This document shows positions 27,815 through 32,000 of a DNA stretch of 32,000 bases, piece after piece (position 1 is the stretch's first letter; each line of letters starts with the position of its first letter). Made by a program: the position numbers and the translations under genes. The DNA lies in the NCBI RefSeq assembly GCF_000284455.1, contig NC_017039.1, positions 420,001-452,000 of the forward strand, written 5' to 3'. Below the pieces are notes generated by a model. That model searched no databases, was not told the origin of the DNA, and worked only from the letters and a program-made list of their open reading frames with translations. The stretch is from Synechocystis sp. PCC 6803 substr. PCC-P. GTDB taxonomy: Bacteria > Cyanobacteriota > Cyanobacteriia > Cyanobacteriales > Microcystaceae.

Positions 27815-27925
27815 TGTTTGCAAAGTTGTATTTTGCCCCCTAAATCCCCCAATACTGGGGGACTTTTAATACTTTCCCCCCAAACTTGGGGGGCTAGGGG
27901 GGCATTTAAAACAGACTCTCATAAG
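27815..27925. repeat. Dispersed palindromic repeat, copy B
   Basis: TTGCAAAGTTGTATTTTGCCCCCTAAATCCCCCAATACTGGGGGACTTTT...CCCCCCAAACTTGGGGGCTAGGGGGG, homologous to 10372-10511. Confidence 0.75.
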
Positions 27926-27932
27926 CAAACCC

Positions 27933-29081
27933 ATGGCCAAAAAACTATTACTGGTGGGGGGAGGCCATAGCAATGCTTTGGTGCTCAAACATTGGTGTCG
28001 CCACCCCCTGGCTGATGTGGAATTAACCCTTGTCAGTGACGTTAGACAAACCCCCTATTCCGGTATGTTGCCGGGGTATTTAGCTGGTTTTTACTCCTAC
28101 GGCGAAAGTCACATTGATTTAGCTCCCCTCTGTGCTTCAGCCGGAGCAATTTTTGTGCAAGATAAGGCGATCGCCGTTAACCCGGAGCAGAATTTATTAA
28201 CCACTGCCGAGGGGAGACAATTAAGCTTTGATTGCCTTTCCCTTGACATTGGTAGTACTCCGTTCATAGATGATATTGTCGGGGCGGAGTATGGCATTCC
28301 CGCTAAACCAGTGCCCCAATTTTTAACTGCTTGGCTGGCTTTATTGGAGAACATTGACCAGAATCGACCGAAAAAAGTAACTTTGGCGATCGCCGGGGGA
28401 GGAGCGGGGGGAGTAGAGTTAGCTTTCAATCTGCAAGCTCGTTTGGCAAAGCTTTTCCCCGCCATGGGGTTAGATATGCAAATTTGGCAACGGGGCGCGA
28501 TCCTTTTACCACACCATAGTGTCCAGGGCAGAAAACTGATTGAGAGATTGTTGGTAAAGCAAAACATTGCCGTGTTACTAAATCACCCTGTCACCAGCAT
28601 TGAGCCTGAGTTTTCCCCCGATGACAATCCATTAACCTGTTACAAACTTTGGAGTAATGACCATTGGCAGTCAGTCAATGCTGTATTTTTAGTTACCCAA
28701 GCTAGCCCAGCCCCGTGGTTAGCCCAATCCGGTTTAAGCCTAGATAGCCGGGGCTTTGTGTCAGTTAAACCAACGTTGCAAAGCTATTCCCATGGGCATA
28801 TTTTCGCGGCGGGGGATGTGGCCAATATGATCGATCATCCACGGCCTAAGGCGGGGGTGTTTGCTGTGCGCCAAGGCAAGCCATTGTTTGAAAATCTACA
28901 GCACTATCTTTCCCACCAGACACTTAAAACTTTTGTTCCTCAATCTAAATATTTGAGTTTATTGGGTACGAGGGATGGTAGGGCGATCGCCCTTTGGGGG
29001 CCCTGGGCTAGTTACGGCCACTGTTGGTGGCGACTTAAGGACTATATTGACCGCCAATTTATGGCTGGATTTTCTGCGTAA
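27933..29081 (+). CDS. FAD/NAD(P)-dependent oxidoreductase, related to the NDH-like domain fused to SelD
   Basis: KLLLVGGGHSNALVLKHW, TPYSGMLPGYLAGFY, LTIAGGGAGGVELAFNLQ, HIFAAGDVANM. Confidence 0.88.
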   Translation: MAKKLLLVGGGHSNALVLKHWCRHPLADVELTLVSDVRQTPYSGMLPGYLAGFYSYGESHIDLAPLCASAGAIFVQDKAIAVNPEQNLLTTAEGRQLSFDCLSLDIGSTPFIDDIVGAEYGIPAKPVPQFLTAWLALLENIDQNRPKKVTLAIAGGGAGGVELAFNLQARLAKLFPAMGLDMQIWQRGAILLPHHSVQGRKLIERLLVKQNIAVLLNHPVTSIEPEFSPDDNPLTCYKLWSNDHWQSVNAVFLVTQASPAPWLAQSGLSLDSRGFVSVKPTLQSYSHGHIFAAGDVANMIDHPRPKAGVFAVRQGKPLFENLQHYLSHQTLKTFVPQSKYLSLLGTRDGRAIALWGPWASYGHCWWRLKDYIDRQFMAGFSA

Positions 29082-29189
29082 CGCTGAGTGAACTCAGCCA
29101 GAGTAAAATAAATGGCTAGACAAGTTTTGATAGACAAAAATCAATTAAAACTAGATTCTGACTAAATCGTTGCAAGGAGCTGAAAAATA

Positions 29190-30143
29190 TTGCCATCAAC
29201 AACCCCCAAGCCCAATCAAGGCTGGATTTACACTGACCGAGTCAACCCTAAAGCCGCTGGCCAGACAGTGCTGGACTTCTACTCCCAACGCTATCTCCAC
29301 TCCGAGCGCCAAGCTTGGCAGGAACGGATTGAGCAGGGGCAGATTGAAGTGGATGGCAAGACCGTTGACCCCACCTATCCTTTGCAAGCGGGGCAGACCC
29401 TCACCTATTGGCGATCGCCCTGGGTGGAGCCGGAAGTACCTTTGCAATTATCAGTTTTGCATCGAGACGAAGACCTCTGGGCCATTGATAAACCCTCAGG
29501 ATTGCCGGTATTACCGGGGGGAGATTTTGTCTACCACACCGTTTTGGAACAACTAAAAATCCAATATCCCCAGGAGTCCTTGTTTCCCCTCCACCGTTTG
29601 GGCACTGGCACTTCGGGACTTTTATTGCTTGGTCGTTCTACCCTGGGTCGACGGGAACTCAGCCGTCAATTTCGGGAGCATATTTGCCGCAAAATTTACC
29701 GCACCGTGATTGGCCCCTGTGATTTGCCAGAAAAATTTGAATGCCACCAGGCGATCGGGAAAATTCCCTACCCCCAACTGGGATATATCTACGCCGCTAG
29801 CTCCCACGGCAAACCAGCCCAAAGTTACGGTCGCATTTTAGCCCGCTCCCCGGAAAAAACCTGGCTAGAAGTGGAAATTCGCACTGGTCGCCCCCACCAA
29901 ATTCGCATCCATTTGGCTAGTTTAGGCTATCCCTTACTTGGCGATCGCCTCTACGGCCCCGGTGGAGTCCCCATCAATTGCCGAACTGCCCGGCCCAGTG
30001 ATGGCGGCTACACCCTCCATAGTTACCAATTGGGTTTTCTCCATCTCCATACCCAACAGGCCATAAAATTAACTGCCCCCTTACCTCCCGAACTCATCAC
30101 CCCAGAAGTTAAGACTATTGCCCTGGAAACTGAAAAGCATTGA
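29190..30143 (+). CDS. RluA-family RNA pseudouridine synthase-like protein (TTG start) with HRLG instead of HRLD
   Basis: S4-like N-terminus (GQIEVDGKTVDPTYPLQAGQTLTYWR), LWAIDKPSGLPVLPGG, HRLGTGTSGLLLLGRS, RTGRPHQIRIHLASLGYPLLGDRLYG. AAGGAG lies just upstream of the TTG. Confidence 0.88.
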   Translation: MPSTTPKPNQGWIYTDRVNPKAAGQTVLDFYSQRYLHSERQAWQERIEQGQIEVDGKTVDPTYPLQAGQTLTYWRSPWVEPEVPLQLSVLHRDEDLWAIDKPSGLPVLPGGDFVYHTVLEQLKIQYPQESLFPLHRLGTGTSGLLLLGRSTLGRRELSRQFREHICRKIYRTVIGPCDLPEKFECHQAIGKIPYPQLGYIYAASSHGKPAQSYGRILARSPEKTWLEVEIRTGRPHQIRIHLASLGYPLLGDRLYGPGGVPINCRTARPSDGGYTLHSYQLGFLHLHTQQAIKLTAPLPPELITPEVKTIALETEKH

Positions 30144-30451
30144 TGAGAAGTGATGGAAAAAAACCAGATACCTAAAATCAATCTTGGGTGGATTCAGGCG
30201 TATAAAGCTAGGTAAAGTGTTTTATTAAGTTCCTTTAAGTTAGGCAAAGTTTGGACTAATTCTAGCGGCTATAAATCTTACTAGTAAGGCATTTTGCGTC
30301 TTTACCAAGCCTAATTCTTATCAGTGCCATGGAGAGAATATATGGCCTTGCCCTGACTATTTCACTTTTCAGTGTGTCATCCGATACTGACCATGACCAC
30401 CGACAATGGATAGGATAAAACCAATTTAAATTCGGTAAATCATTATTTCAA

Positions 30452-30477
30452 CCAATGAAACCGACTCATTTCATTGG
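30452..30477. repeat. Inverted repeat, 9-bp perfect arms with 8-nt loop
   Basis: CCAATGAAA-ccgactca-TTTCATTGG. Confidence 0.8.
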
Positions 30478-30491
30478 CCACTGCCCCTTAC

Positions 30492-30568
30492 TGGAGATAT
30501 TGTCCGTAGTTCAATACAGAATTGCGGATAACGCAAACACAAAAACGATTTGTGCATGTATATCTCCA
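30492..30568. repeat. Nested inverted-repeat structure enclosing two smaller hairpins
   Basis: Outer TGGAGATAT (30492-30500) / ATATCTCCA (30560-30568); inner TTGCG/CGCAA (30522-30526/30532-30536) and CACAAA/TTTGTG (30538-30543/30549-30554). Confidence 0.6.
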
Positions 30569-30734
30569 AATTGTGGACCAATGGTGTCAAATGTTACGGA
30601 TAGTTAAGGGTTAGTTAGTTAGCCTCAACTTAAGTTAATCAAAATTGACAAACGAGTATAAGTCGCAATGATGTATCTCCCCGTCAGCGCTGATTATCAA
30701 TCCATTGCCCCGCGCCCTTGAATTTGTTACAATT

Positions 30735-30797
30735 CTTAACAGTGACTTAATAATCTCTTAAGAATCTTGGTGTAAAGTCTTAAGAAAATCTTAAGGT
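30735..30797 (+). promoter_or_regulatory. Pho-box-like tandem array, 8-bp boxes with 3-bp spacers, 11-bp period
   Basis: CTTAACAG TGA CTTAATAA TCT CTTAAGAA TCT TGGTGTAA AGT CTTAAGAA AAT CTTAAGGT; starts at 30735, 30746, 30757, (30768 degenerate), 30779, 30790. Confidence 0.7.
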
Positions 30798-30841
30798 TTT
30801 CTCCTCCCCCGGAGTCATCCCTATCGAATCCTGGAAGATCT

Positions 30842-31753
30842 ATGTTTATATTTCCACGCTTTCCCCGGTCCCTATCTGAGAATGGTTTTTCTCAGCATGG
30901 GACTGCCCCTCCCGTCGTCCCAGAGGAGAGCAATAGTTCTTCGGATCGTAAGCAATATATTAAGTGGGCCCTAACTAAAGCGGTTACTGAGGGTGGATTC
31001 AGGCTTGATTTTCAACCCCAATGGGATGGGCAGGGAATTAATTTGGTGGGGGTAGAGGCCCTAGTCCGTTGGCAAGATCCCAAGTTGGGCAATGTGCCTC
31101 CCGCAGAATTCATTCCCATAGCTGAGGAAACGGGACTGGTGACAGCCATTGGGGAGTGGGTGTTGGACACGGCTTGTCGTCAATATAAAATTTGGCAAGC
31201 CCAGGGGGTACCGGCCTTTTTGTTGGGCGTGAATTTGTCCTTGCAACAGTTGCAAAAAGCTGACTTTGCCGAGACAGTCCGGTGCATTCTGGAGGAAACG
31301 AACATGCCCGCAGCCCAACTGCAGTTGGAGATGACCGAAGGATTAATTTTTCGAGATTTGCAGCACACTATTGGGGTGCTCCGGGATCTCCAACGACTGG
31401 GAGTGCATTTGGCGATCGACGATTTTGGCACTGGTTACTCTTCCCTGTCCGTGCTGAAGGAACTTCCTGTCCACACGCTAAAAATTGACAAATCTTTTTT
31501 AGAGGATCTGGAGACGCACCAAAAGGCGGAAGTTATTATCGAAAGCATTATCAACCTCGGTCAGCGTTTACAGTTGGTGGTGGTGGCGGAGGGCGTAGAA
31601 ACGGAAGGCCAACTCCATTTACTGCAATCTTTACGGTGTGATGTACTCCAGGGTTTTTTCTTCAGTTGTCCCTTAAGTGAAGACAAGATGACCCACTATC
31701 TCCACCATTGTTGTTCTGCTAAAACTTTGAGCCGGGCGATCGCCTCCTATTAG
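30842..31753 (+). CDS. Stand-alone EAL-domain c-di-GMP phosphodiesterase
   Basis: VEALVRWQDPKLGNVPPAEFIPIAEETGL, LQLEMTEG, AIDDFGTGYSSL, LKIDKSFL, VVAEGVETEGQ, QGFFFSCPL. Confidence 0.93.
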   Translation: MFIFPRFPRSLSENGFSQHGTAPPVVPEESNSSSDRKQYIKWALTKAVTEGGFRLDFQPQWDGQGINLVGVEALVRWQDPKLGNVPPAEFIPIAEETGLVTAIGEWVLDTACRQYKIWQAQGVPAFLLGVNLSLQQLQKADFAETVRCILEETNMPAAQLQLEMTEGLIFRDLQHTIGVLRDLQRLGVHLAIDDFGTGYSSLSVLKELPVHTLKIDKSFLEDLETHQKAEVIIESIINLGQRLQLVVVAEGVETEGQLHLLQSLRCDVLQGFFFSCPLSEDKMTHYLHHCCSAKTLSRAIASY

Positions 31754-31836
31754 GCTTTAGGCTGGCAAAATTGCGGCCATCGACTCCTTTGTTCATATCT
31801 AGCCATATCAATATTAGTTTATAACTTAAAATTACT

Positions 31837-32000
31837 ATGACTGCTTTGATCTTGCCTTTTTTTGAGGATCGTGCCATGGCCGATAAATTACAGAGTCCTG
31901 GGCTCCAAAAATTCCAAGATAATGGGGCTAAACGAGCAATTCCTCGGGAGTTGTTAGAACAGTTAACAGCGGATAAATTCACTGGTCAACTGGTGATCCG
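31837..32000 (+). CDS. Start of a protein resembling the PatA-type (DUF4388) N-terminus; 3' end outside the window
   Basis: ATG at 31837 opens MTALILPFFEDRAMADKLQSPGLQKFQDNGAKRAIPRELLEQLTADKFTGQLVI...; FTGQLVI resembles the start of the PatA/DUF4388 domain. Confidence 0.4.
   Translation, partial: MTALILPFFEDRAMADKLQSPGLQKFQDNGAKRAIPRELLEQLTADKFTGQLVI

Noticed and set aside
29083-29098. GCTGAGT-GA-ACTCAGC perfect palindrome after the flavoprotein gene
   Set aside because: A 7-bp arm with only 2 nt loop and no T tract; may be a weak terminator or protein site but not enough to call.
1-32000. Search for CRISPR arrays, prophage or rRNA
   Set aside because: No regularly spaced repeats with unique spacers, no phage structural genes and no rRNA-like sequence seen; the only periodic arrays are short regulatory-like boxes.

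Overview
A 32 kb cyanobacterial chromosomal window. The gene content, the ISY100-like element and at least two dozen HIP1 (GCGATCGC) octamers point to Synechocystis sp. PCC 6803 or a very close relative; that assignment is from recognition, not from a search. I can support about 24 protein-coding genes, one tRNA-Arg(CCT), one Tc1/mariner (ISY100-type) insertion whose transposase is split at an A9 slippery run, and two copies of a G/C-tract palindromic dispersed repeat. Content is mostly housekeeping or regulatory: a HisD-like paralogue, an orphan OmpR-type regulator, a WecA/MraY-type transferase, an MBL hydrolase next to a CHASE2 guanylyl cyclase, DUF928, ureG, a REC-GAF-GGDEF protein, an SLC13 permease, csaB, a homocysteine-biosynthesis-family protein, a DHH protein, a CHAT protein, Ycf45, ThiD2-ThiE, btpA, an RluA-like protein and an EAL protein. 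I do not see a clear defence system or CRISPR array. The best leads are: (1) a six-unit, exactly 11-bp-period CTTAA array (Pho-box-like) immediately upstream of the EAL gene; (2) nested inverted repeats in the same 0.7 kb intergenic region, suggesting a structured RNA; (3) a HisD paralogue that appears to have lost its catalytic and zinc-ligand residues; (4) an RluA-like protein with HRLG in place of HRLD; (5) a guanylyl cyclase with a PilZ-like tail, 3 bp from an MBL hydrolase that could be a class II-type phosphodiesterase; (6) the frameshifted ISY100-like transposase.
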